A program made the position numbers and the translations under genes. DNA of 64,000 nt from an uncultured Planctomycetales bacterium. Its GTDB lineage: Bacteria > Omnitrophota > Gorgyraeia > Aquiviventales > Aquiviventaceae. Positions within the stretch are counted from its first letter, which is position 1. The number at the start of each line of letters is the position of its first letter. This document shows positions 27,001-39,000 of this stretch, one piece after another. The notes below the pieces were generated by a model, which worked only from the letters and a program-made list of their open reading frames with translations, did no database searches and had not been told where the DNA came from. The stretch spans positions 40,402 to 104,401 of the forward strand of contig CAYJTP010000002.1 of assembly GCA_964373175.1 (NCBI GenBank), written 5' to 3'.

Positions 27001-30000
27001 CGAGCTTAGAGGAGATTCGATCCCGCCCAGGAGGTCTTTTGGTGCGCGTGGAGAATGAACCGCTTGATGAACAGGTGGTGCTAACCGACCGTTTGCAATT
27101 CCGCCAGGGGGACATGGCAAGGGACTTGTACACCGACCTAGCGGGTCGTGTGAACGTTATCCGGCATGCGAATGTATTGCATTATCTCAGCGAGGAGGCG
27201 TTCCAGCACACGATCGAAAACGTGTTTCGCTACGCTCAAGCTCGGCCCCAGGGACTGTTGTACCATGTCGGGAAAGCAGACATCAGTGATCCCGGCTTCC
27301 TTGATCAACTGATCTTTGATATCGGTGGGCAGTCGGCACGTGATTGGAGGTTAGTGTACGCTGGCTACCTCGGCTCAGGCTCAGCAAAGGAGCACAGCCC
27401 AGAATTTGCGCCAGAGCAGCTCATTGCCAAAGAGGAGGCCATTTCGAAACGGGTGCTCGCGATCCATCAAAAAGCCCTTGAACTTTCGGCGCATCTGCAT
27501 GGTGGGCAACTTGACGAGGCACTCGATCGCTTTGGCCGACTGCGCCAAGAGGCGCAAGACCAGCTCATGCAGTTCCTGTTTTCAGCGCATCCCCGAACCA
27601 TTTCTGAAGAGCTGACGCGTACAATCCTCCAGGACATCTTGCTGATCAGCCCATGGACACGGCATAGTGAATACACTGGCAGTTATTACCGTGATCAACG
27701 GGTCATGGTTCCACACGAGCTGGGGTGGCGGTTTGTGGAGTTACCACGAGACCTCAACGACCTCCTCGACGAACTTCTTCAGCTATTAACCACTCGTGCC
27801 TTTCAAACTCAGGGTCAGACCCCCGACAGTCACAGGACGGAACTGCAACACGCGCTCTTCAACGCCCTCACCGACATTGAGCTTAAGGCACAACCTGTCG
27901 AACCTCGCCAGGCTCCAGTCTATCGAGTGCCTGTTGGTAAGCTCAGCGTCCAACGGCTCCACGAAGCCGCAGCTTCGGTGCGCGCGCAGGTCACCGAAAA
28001 AGAACCGGTGGGGTTTGTTGAGCTACGGCCTGAGCACCTGGCCGACCTTGAGACAGCGCTGGCCAATTCTGACCTCACGCAGGCGCTTGAGGAACTTCGC
28101 GATGATCAACAGGTGAGGGTGCTGCTGGTTGCCAGCGCACAGGACCTTCACACTGACCCGCTTCACCGGTTGCACCGGCGCTTGGGTGAGCTGGGTATCC
28201 AGATTGCGCCCCCCATTGCTGACATCGAGCGGTTCGCGGATGACTGGCCGCCGGAGTGGACGCCGGAAGGACTTTCCCCTGAAGACTTGGCCGATGGCGA
28301 GGCGTACCACCGCGCGCTGTATCACGATGGGGATGTCAACCGACCAGTGAGCTGGCATGAGGAAGAAAGTCGCAAGCTCATCGAGCGGGCCTTCCGCTAC
28401 ATCAAGGATGGTGACGTCGTGGTGGACTACGGCACCGGAACTGGCGGCTCAGCCATCGAACTCCTCAAGGCGCTGGATGAGCGTGGGATCAGGGTTACGT
28501 TGGTCTGTGTGGATCCGCTGGCCTCGTGGTTTAGCAAGGCCTGGCAGTTACTCCACCATCGCGCCGATGTCCAGTTCTACTCCCTGTGGGATCCAACGAC
28601 GCGCAAGATGCGTCCACTCACTGAAATCCTGGGTTCCCACAAAGCCAACGTGATCGTCTCGGGCAGTACCTTCCACCTCATCCCCCAGAAAGCCTTTGGC
28701 CGAGCAATGCAAGACCTTGCGGATTCGCTGGTGGATGGCGGCGCGCTCCTTTGGAACAGCGGAGACATCGCCCTTGAGGGGGGCAAGCGTCCAGAGGACG
28801 CGGTACTCCTTCACGATCCCTATCGATCCATGCGGAAGGTGGCGATAGAACGGGTGAACACCGAGGGGGAATTCGCGACGCTGCGAGCCTCGCTCACGGA
28901 GGATGAACGCAAGGCCGCTGAAACGCGTGCCAATCGGATCTTTCCTCCGCAACCTCTGACAATCGATCAGATCCGGCAAGCCTTGACCGCAGCCGGGTTT
29001 GTCGACGGACGAATCACCCATGAACGGATCGAGGTGCTGGATGAGGATTCGGTTCAGTTCATCTCAACGGTCCCTCGGCTCCTGGACTTCCTTAGCGAGG
29101 TCCAAGATCCCAGTGTTCGTCAGGGGGTTATCAAGCACGTCATGCGCGAACAGGTGCTGCCCGAATTTCACAAGCAGCCAGCCGGCACCATCGAGGGGAT
29201 TCAGACATTCTGGACGTTCGGGGAGTTCATCAAGCCCGTTCTTGCGCCAACCAAACCTGAAACCGGTTCACCCGATCGGTTTGCCAAGGGGCAACCGGTA
29301 CCAAGTACCGAGGGGTCAGGTTCCGCCGCGCCGCCAACTGAGACAGCCACCATCGACTGGACCAATTCTCCGGTGCTCACTCAGCAGGAGCTGGCTGACC
29401 GCCTGAATGAGCCGGTCCACAACGTCCTGAACCTGCCAGGCTTCGCAGGCACGTTCAGGGTGGGAGACTTGTTGGTTCGTTCCCCGCAGGAGCGGGAGGG
29501 TTTTGAGATTGTTCAGCTCGCCAGCGGCAAACTCGTGCTGCGCTACAACCAGACGATCGTCGGGGGCAAGGCGGCTGAGCCGTCCGACATCGACGCGTTG
29601 TGGGAGGCACTTCGGGCCAAGGATCATAAGCGGACGCAGGCACTCATCAAGCAGCTTCACAAGCAACCGGAGACCTGGGTGTGGAAGGTGCACAAGCGCA
29701 CGGTGACCAAGATATCCGAGCGCATTGGCAAGCTGGGCCAGGAGCTTGGTCTTGACGAGCAGCACGCCGATGCGTTGGTTGTGACTGCTTCAGAGCTTAT
29801 GAATAACATCGCGCGTCACGCTGAGAAAGGGGTCGTGGTACTGCGTAAGGTCACGGTTGACGGGAGGGTGGGTGTTGAGGTGTTGGCGCTCGACCGAGGC
29901 CGAGGATTGCCTGAAGCGAGGAAGTTGGAAATTCTCAAAGGGAGGTTGCCGCTTGATTGGCAACGTCAAACAGGTCGAGGGTACGCGATCATCACGAATT

Positions 30001-33000
30001 ACAAGAACGTCCAGCACCTCATCGACGACTTGCAGGTCGACTCTCGGCCAGGCGAAGGTGTGAAGGTCACTCTCCGAACCCGGCTGCCTGTTGACACCAC
30101 AAGCAGGGCAGAACAGCAGTTCTCCGAATATCCACTGCAGGGAGGCGCCACCCTGCGGACGCGTCTTGCCGTGGAAGAGGTGAAACGCTTGCGCACCGGG
30201 CACGTGGTGGTCGCCGATGCCGCGAATCAGTTGAGGCTGGTGATTGAGTTGCCTAGCCTGCTTGGGAGCGTGGGGACATCCCTCGCACTCGCCAATGAGC
30301 TCCTTGGGACAGATCTTGTTCAAGAGATCGCTGACCGAGCAGCCAGGGATCCCAATCGAATCGTGACGGTTGTGGACTGGGGTTGTGGCAATGGGAGTAC
30401 GTTGAGGGAGCTTGCCACAGCCCTGCACCAACGCGGGATCACCAACGTCAGGCTGGTGGGATTTGCCAATATGTACTTTGATGAGTGGCAGGAGGCCCCC
30501 TCGAACGTCACATTCGTGCTCGATACGGCTGATCATCTTCTCAACTATTTCTCAGAGGGAGAAGTCGATCTGATCTACAGTCTCAGTGGACTGAAATACT
30601 TAGCCTGGCGAGCCTATCTCAAGCATCTGAAACAGCTTCGCTCCAGCCTCCAGCCAGACGGTGTCATCCTCGATGCTCCTAGGAGGCTCATGCTCTTCTA
30701 TCAATTCGGCCTTCCCATGTTCAAGGTGAGTAAGGTTGGTGTTGGTCGTCTTGGTGCTCGACTGACTCCAAAACCCACCTCTGTCTTCAAGGAAGGCGTG
30801 TTCAGTGATGGCCCACTGTCAAATCCTCCGCTGCGGAGATCTTTTGAGGGCACCTATTCCAGACCGGATCAGCCGCTGACCTTCGGCGCAGACTTCGGGT
30901 TTGGCCAGTTTGTTGAGCGCCTCAGGGACTTGTGGCGGCGGCTCATGCCGCGGCTGGCCAGGCGAACGACCCCAACCCAGCTGACGTGGCAGGCCCTGCA
31001 GCCGTTTGAGCGGATCTTGCTGGTCGATGATCGAGCGATGGTCTTGGCTTCGCTGTTGGCGTTCCTCAGAGCGCGCATGCCGACTGCCTCGTTTGACGTG
31101 GCCCGCGACCGGATGGAAGCGATCGCAACACTCACCGCTTCTCAACAAGCTGGCACACCCTTCGACCTGGTGGTCACGGACTTGAAGATGGGAGACGATC
31201 TGCTCACGATGCCTGTTGAACAGAAGCAGGGCGGCAAGCTCATCGCAGACATCCGGAGGAGCGCGTCGCTCGGTCGTCAGCCACGCATCGTCGTCTTGGC
31301 GGCTGGTGCGGCGAGCGAGGCGACGACGTTGCAACGCCTTGGAGCCGATGCGGTCGTGGATAAGCTTAGCGATGGATTCCTGGATCAGCTGTGGGAAACG
31401 ATCACCCACCTGCCCGATGAGGCCCTGGCGCGGGACACGGAGGAATGGCTGCGTCAGCATGCGACGGACAAACGCATCGACCCAGAACTCATCCGGCTGC
31501 AACGGGAGTTCCTGGAGCGCCTTCGCATCTTGCGAGAAATCAACAAGGAGAGGCAGCAGCCTGGAAGCGGCAACATCCACAAGATCGCCCTCGTGAGCAA
31601 ATTGCAAGGCCAGGCGAAGAAAGGGGCTGCGCTGTTGAGAATGGCCCAGCACGAGGGGATCGACTTCATGTACGCGCTTGGCGATGTGATTGGTCGTGGC
31701 GAGAAAGCCCACCTGCTGTTACGGACGATCCGGGCCTGGATGCAGCAACACAGGCCTCCTCACCTCGAGCTCCTCATCGGGGCGAATGAAGCGAAATTCA
31801 TGGCAGCGATGATGGGCCATCCGAAGTTTTCATCCCGCTTCCTCGACCCCATCGGGGGCGGACGAGCCCTGCTTAAAGAGGTGGGGGCCACGGAAGAGAC
31901 CTTCCGGTTCAATCGACAGCTCGTGGAGGATCTTCGCTTCATCCAAGACCATTTCCTGCTCTTTGACTATGACCTCGTGCATGGGGTGGGCATGGGATTT
32001 AGCTATCCGATCAATGACGACGGTCAACTGGCCGTGAACTTCTTCGGAGAAACAGGACCGCAAGCCCTGGCGAAGATCGAGGCGAGTATCCGGGCTTCGA
32101 GCAGTCTCAAAGGGTCTGTCCTGAACCACCTGCTGGCACTCCTGTTTGCCTTGGAAGAGAAACAGGCCGCTTCGCTGCCGGTGAAAGCCAAGGAACTGAT
32201 CGACGGGAAGCACACGACGATCGACGAGCTGCTTGAACACTTCAAAGTGCTCGGTCAAGGACATGAGCTGCTGCGATTTGTCCTGACAGAACCGAAAGAA
32301 GGAACACATCTTGCGCTCTTTGGGGATCGGGTCATCGGCATCATGGATGGAGCAGCTCATGAAGCGGACAGCGTCTTAGTGCTGGGGGGCGAAGGGATCC
32401 GTTGGTGGACGTGGAACGCCAAGCACGGGCGGTACGACCCGGGCAACGAGGTGCTTGAGGGCGCGACCTACCTCAACCAATTGGAAGGCCTGCACAAGGG
32501 CTGGATTGAGACCCATCGAACAGAAATCGCGTGGCGAAAGGAAGCCGCTGAGCTAGCTCAGAGCTCGGGGTGGGTCGATGAGCTGATCCGAAGGGTCAGG
32601 GACTTCCTCTCAGACCGCCTGCGCGCCTTCCGCTATGACCGGCGCAGCGACTACTATGTGAGCCGATTCATGAACCGGATGTATCAGGAAGGCTGGTACA
32701 TCGGGCGGGATGGCATCCTGCAACAAGGCATATCCAAGCATGAGCCGTCTGAGGCGTACCGGCAGCTCTTCAAAGCCGCGGAAATCCAAGCCCTTCATGG
32801 GAATATCATCCTGAATCGCAAGACGGGTGAGGCCGCCTTCCTCTTTGCGGATGAGAAAACAAATCCAGGACAACCGGATCTGTCCTATGTGACCTATCTG
32901 CTCCTGAAGAAGAACCCCGACCTCGTCTTGGTGGCTGATGACATCGCCCGGGCGTTTACACTGGGAGGGAAACTCTACGGAGGAACGCTGCCCTTAGTGC

Positions 33001-36000
33001 ATATCGGACAGGACCTGGTGGCGCTCGACTACAAGGATGACACAGGATTGCTGGTCGAACCGATGCTGGATGGCAAGCCGATTGTCCCGCAAGAAGGATT
33101 TGTCCCGATGACGAAAGTCATTTGGCTGAACTATGGCCGTGAGCCAGCCATGTCTCGCCAAGACATCATCCGGCGCATCTTGCGATCCCAAAAAGACCGG
33201 CACCATGTGTTAAGTCGTCGCTTCCTCAGAGGAGCCGTGGGACTGGAGGTTGAAGAGGTTCGGGTACCGCAATACAAGGTGTTTGAAAATGCCGCGAAAA
33301 TCGTGGCTAGAGATCTCCAAGGACTCTTTGATGAACACCACCCCCACCCGTTCTTGGGTCTTCGGCGGTGGGCGAAGATCGTAGCGCGGATCTTCAACCA
33401 GCCCCAGCCGTACCAGAAGTGGGAAGCCAAGGTCCTGAGGGAGAAGACCGCAACGCACATCCCGTTGATCCAGTTCCTTCGATCCTGGCTGAAAGTCGTC
33501 TTGTGGGTCGGCGTGGGCCCCTTTGCGAGTGTCACGCTCGCTATGCTCACCGGGATGGGAGGACGGGATGCAAAGCAGCCAGAGCCGCCGACCCAGCCGA
33601 GACGCCTCCTTGTGGTTGATGACAATGCCGCTGTGTTGGAGAAGGTCAAAGCCGCGCTGACGGCCCAAGGCTACGAGGTGGAGACGGCGCAAGGGGGCGA
33701 TGATGCACTTGCGCTCTACCAAGAGGCTCGAGACGCCGGCTGGCCGTTTGCCGCGGTCGTGACGGATCTGGCGATGCCGCCGCAGATGGATGGGATTCAG
33801 TTGCTCTCGGCGCTTCGACGACTCGATCCGACGTTGCCCATTGTGTTGCAGACATCAGAGACGACTGACGTCATTTTCCAGAAGCTCAAAGTGACAGATG
33901 GGGCGGACAGCGCAGACCAAACCAAGGGCCTCATCATTATGAAGAAGGCGGATGAGCATCTTGACAAGCTCGTGGGATTGCTGGCTCAGCTCCTCGGACC
34001 GACGACACTCCAAAATCCGCAGCCTTCCGCTGGCCAGGTATCTAGGTCTGTAGTTGATCAGTATTTGTCAGCAGAGGAACTTCAGCGATTCCAGGCGATC
34101 CGGGAGCTTCGGGAACGCAACCGAGGTGCGCTGTTCCACAAGGTCTTTGGACAACCCGATGCGCCGCCTGTGGCGTGGGGCGATCTCTCGCCAGAAGACG
34201 AGGTGCGCTTTGCGATCTGGGACTCAAGGATCTTGGATTCCCACAAACGGATGCATCGCGAAGAGCGCCAAGCCCTCATCGACATCTTGGCGAAGCGCGG
34301 GAACCTTTCTGACCATCTGCTGACCCTGTTGGACTCACAGTCCCGGCAAGTGAGCCGGCGTGCTCTCTTGGCGTTGATGGATCCCACCTTGCCAGTCAGC
34401 CGTAAGCGAAGGCTGATCCAGGCGCTGGAGCGCTTGTTCCATCGCTATGAGTCCTCTCCGCTTGAGCCGTTCTTCATCATCAAGGCGATGGAAGGTCAGG
34501 GGGCGGTGGGAGCGCTCAAGCGGATTGTCAAGGAGAGTCCTTCATGGCGAGCGGATGCGCAAGCGGCCCTCGAGCACATTCGCGCCTGGGAACAACCCCG
34601 TCGATTGGATGGCCGATTTGACAAGAAGCCGGGCGGAGACTGGCAACATGTGCTCACCGCCATGCTGTGGCACCCCGATCTGCTGGTGTCGGCTGAGACG
34701 GGCAAGCTGACGATTGCGAAATACCGAGCAGTGGACAGCACCGTGGAGGAATCCACAACCCGGAGAGATTTTGCCGACCTGGTACGGCTTGGCTACCTCA
34801 TCCCCGATGCTTCGACCAAGCCCTACACCTATCGCCTGGATTTTGTGCGGCTCCAAGACTATGACCCTGAAGCCCGGCAACGAGCCCAGACCATTCAGCT
34901 TGAGAAAGACATAGTCTCAATGCTGGTTGACGCGCTGACTGACCAGCTTGAGCAGCCCCTCGGCAATCTGGAGGGTCGCGTGCTCCTCGTTGGATCCCGG
35001 TACAGTCATGCCCAGCTTGCCGAACTCGCCCGGACGTTCCACAACGCCACTGTGGTTGGGATCGGGCAGCATCAGGGGCGGCTGGACATGATCAAGAAAA
35101 TCCTCAAGGCGTGGTATCCAGACCTCTGGCCTCGGATTGACCTGCGGCACGCCCCTGCCCACGATCTCCACGGCGTGATTCCGGATCGGTCGATGAAGCT
35201 GGTGATCGTGCCGACGGCGCGTGAACTCTTCGACGAGGCTGGCAACCCGCCAAGGCTGCGGCGCCTGCTGTCCGAGGCGGTCCGGGTGCTTGAGCCAAAC
35301 GGGGTTCTCCTGGCCGGATTGGGGCACCTGAGTCTCTCGCGGCAGATCCTGACAGACGAACTGGGGATGGAGGACCTTGATTCGGCCCGGCACCATCCCC
35401 TGGTGCTGCTCTTCAGGAAACCCGCTGCGAACACAACCACATCAGGTGCGCACACAGGATTTGTCCGCCGCGTGATTCTGCTTGTTGTGGTGGCCCTCAT
35501 GGTCCTCGTCGGCGCGCCAAAGGCCTTCACGCAGACTCTGGTCCTGGATCGGACAGAGCAGATCGCCCAGGGTCAGACCCCTAGGGCAATCACCAAATTG
35601 CAAGTTCCAAATAAGTTCCAAGCTCCAATCACCAATCACCAAACGCGGGACACGGTTTCAGAGACCACCACGCCCGCGGCTCAAGACACCGCGATCGTCA
35701 ACGAACTGGTACGGCGCGGGTTCACCGAAGATGAAGCGAAGATGGTGATTGAGGAGCAGCGGCTTCTTGTGCAACGCGTAGCCCCGCATCTGTCTGAGGA
35801 AGAACTCCAACAACTCCATTGGCACACCTATCCGAAGAGCGCGGGGACGCTGCTTCAGCGGTCACTCAGGACAGTGATTGAGTTGGGTGTCCTGGCTGGG
35901 CTGTGGGTCTGGTATCTTGTCTGGTCGTGGAGATCCATCAAGCGAGACCGAGGGAAGTCGCTACCCCCAGGGCTCATTTTTGGAATCGGCCTGTTGATGC

Positions 36001-39000
36001 TCACCTCAACAATGATAGATCCAGTGACCAAGCCAGGTGGGTTTTCCGACACCTTGAACAAGCGCATCTTTGTCACAAGCGGTTGGGCTTCTTCGAAGCT
36101 CTTCCGGGCCTTAGCGACTCATGAGACAGCCCACCAGCTCTATCCTGTGGTCCTCACTGGGATCAACCACGATGTCATCTTCGCATTGGGGAACCTGCGG
36201 CTCTTTGAACTTGGCGCACGGGAGCTCGCAGGCTCACCCTTCTTGCCGACGAAAGGTGCGTCCGCTACGAGAGCCTGGGAACTGGGTCAGCAGACGAACA
36301 ATCCTGGCAACGCCTGGCTCTACCTGCGCCTGATCGCGGAAGGCAAGACGCCTGAGGAGGCCGAGGCGATCGTGCGCTCAGGTCGGCCGTCTTCGCAGGG
36401 TATTCAGGGTTCGGCAGCGCAAGCTCAGGGTCAGACCCCCAGCACAAAATTTGGCGATTTTCCCGCACAGGGTCTGACCCCAAGCCTCCCTCAAGCGAAG
36501 CCGAGGAAGCTGACGGAGGCCGATAGTTTGTTCATCGATGCGGAGGCGTGGGTGAATGGCATCCACACGTTCAAGGTCGCGGGTGCTTACCTGCAGGCGG
36601 CAGCGCGTGCATCCCTGCGCGGCTTTCTCCTCAATATCAGAGAAGCTGTGGCAGATCAAATGGCCATTGACACGAGCTTGAGCCAAGTCTATTCCGACGT
36701 GGCCAAGGACGTTGAAGAAGCCCTCGACACAACTGAGCAGTGGGTCAATGCCCCACGAACCGTTCGAGCCATCCGTGCGTGGGTGAAGGAACTCCGTACG
36801 CTTGCTGACCAACCTGACATGGCAGGACCTGTTCCGGATAGCCTCAAAGTCCAGTTGCTTGAACAACTTCAGGGGCAGCTCCGCAGACTTGCAGATCAGG
36901 TTCCGATTCGGCCGTTGCCGAAAGCGCTGCGACCCCTCCGGCCTGAACGACCTAATCCAGACCCGTGGTGGCTTGATGCGCCAGAGCTGAAGCAACCAGA
37001 GCGCCCCGAGGAATTCAAACATCGCCAACCGCAGCCGGATTCAAGCCGCCAGGTTGAGCCGAATCGCAAAGACTCTGGCCGTGATCTCCTCCTGCCGTTG
37101 TTCCTGGGTCTTGGCCTTATGTGGATGGGAGTAAGAGGAAAACACTCATACCCAGGCGACGAAGTGATCAAAGAGTGGATCACGCGATATCAGGCCAACG
37201 CCTCTGCGATCGCTAAGGGTGAGAAGAAACATCGGACCACAATCAGGCGCTGGATCAAGCGTTTTATCCAGAGCGACCCAGCGCAACGTGAGCAACGTCA
37301 ACAATGGGTTGACGCACTTCGAGAACAAAGGGATGATCCAAGGGATAAGTACCCTGGTGATGTTCAGATGAAGGAACTGATCCAGACGTACCAGGCTAAC
37401 ACCTATGCTCTTGCCAAAGCCAAGCACGTCAGTCAGTCCACTGCGTCTGAGTGGATCAACCGTTATATTCGGGGAGAGCCTAGCCAAAGCGGCAAGCGTC
37501 TTGCTTGGGTCAATACGCTTCGGAGACAAAGAGGCGCCCTATACGACCTGTACCCAGGCGATCGTAAGATGGAAAACTTACTCCGCACATACCGGGCGAA
37601 CAGCCGCTTTCTCGCTGAGGTTCTGAATGTCAGTCCCACCACTGTTTGGAGATGGATCAGGCGGTATGTTCAGGCCGATCCTCGCCAACGCGACAAGCGT
37701 TCTACCTGGGTCGAGGCGCTTCGAAGACAAAGGCGTCACGAGCAGAGGGATGAGTACCCTGGCAATCGTGAGATGGAAACATTGATCCGCACACACCAGG
37801 CTAATAGCGCTGCGATTGCTAGGGCTGTGCACGTCCATCGCACCACTGTTTGGAGATGGATCAAGCGTTTTATCCAGAGCGACCCAGCCCGACAGGAAGA
37901 ACGTCAGCAGTGGGTCGAGACACTTCGAAGACAAGTGAGTTACCCAGGTGACTCGAAGTTTGAGCGGTGGGTTTACGAATACGAGGCAAACGGGTTGGCT
38001 ATTGCCAAAGCCACCAGGGCTCATCCTGCAACCATTCACGGTTGGCTCAAGCGGTATATCCAAAGCGACCCGGAACATCGCGCAGCGCTGGTGGACCGTG
38101 TCAGAGCTCTTCGGCCAATCCTTCGCAGATGGAGGCGGTGGTTTACACGCAACTATCAAGGGCTCGGAGAGGAAGCCTACTACCAGCGCACGATCCCCGC
38201 GCTGATCCAACATTGGGGAGAAGACGCTAAACGGCTAGACCAAGCGTTAGGAGTCATTCTCACGAAGGGCCTTGAGGCTCCCCACAACCAGATCGATGGC
38301 TACTTTGCTGAACCCATCCCCGCGCTTCTTGAGGCTCACGCAAAGCAAGACCTCTCAACATTCGAGCGCGGTGTGGATGACGCTGTTGCTAAGCTGCGCG
38401 CAAACCGGACCACAATAAAACGCACGGCACATCTTCAACCAGTCACCCGTCGCGGATCCGGCACCCTCTTTTTTGAGGCGGGCAGCGCGGTGCTGGTGGG
38501 CTCGACGGCGATCGCACTGCTTGCGCTGGTGGTGCCGAATTGGGTTGTCCTTGCTCTTCTTGGCGTGTTCGGGGTGGCGGCTGCGCTCTATACAAAGTGG
38601 GTGATCTGGTTGGCGAAACAAGGGTTCGGACTCTTCACCAACGAGCAGCGTCTTGGCCGTGTGGATTATCCAAGGATTGTGGGCGCTGCTGCTGTCATCA
38701 CGATGGTGACGGCTGGGACACTCAGCATGCCGACGGCTGTGGCGGTTGTGTGGATGGTGCTGCTCTTGAGTGTGCTGTCAGCCCTTTCAGCACATACACT
38801 CCGCAATCTAGTAGAGACAGTCCTGGAAGACCATCTCCCCACCGTTGAGTGGGAATCGCTATCACGGAAGTGGAAACACGACGAGCAGACTATTGATACC
38901 ATTTCCTACGCTGGAAGTTTGATTGGACTGTTCGGCGGGGCTTATCTTTACTCCTCCTTCTTCTTCTTGTGGCTTTTCTATATGATGAGTGGCTTCTATG

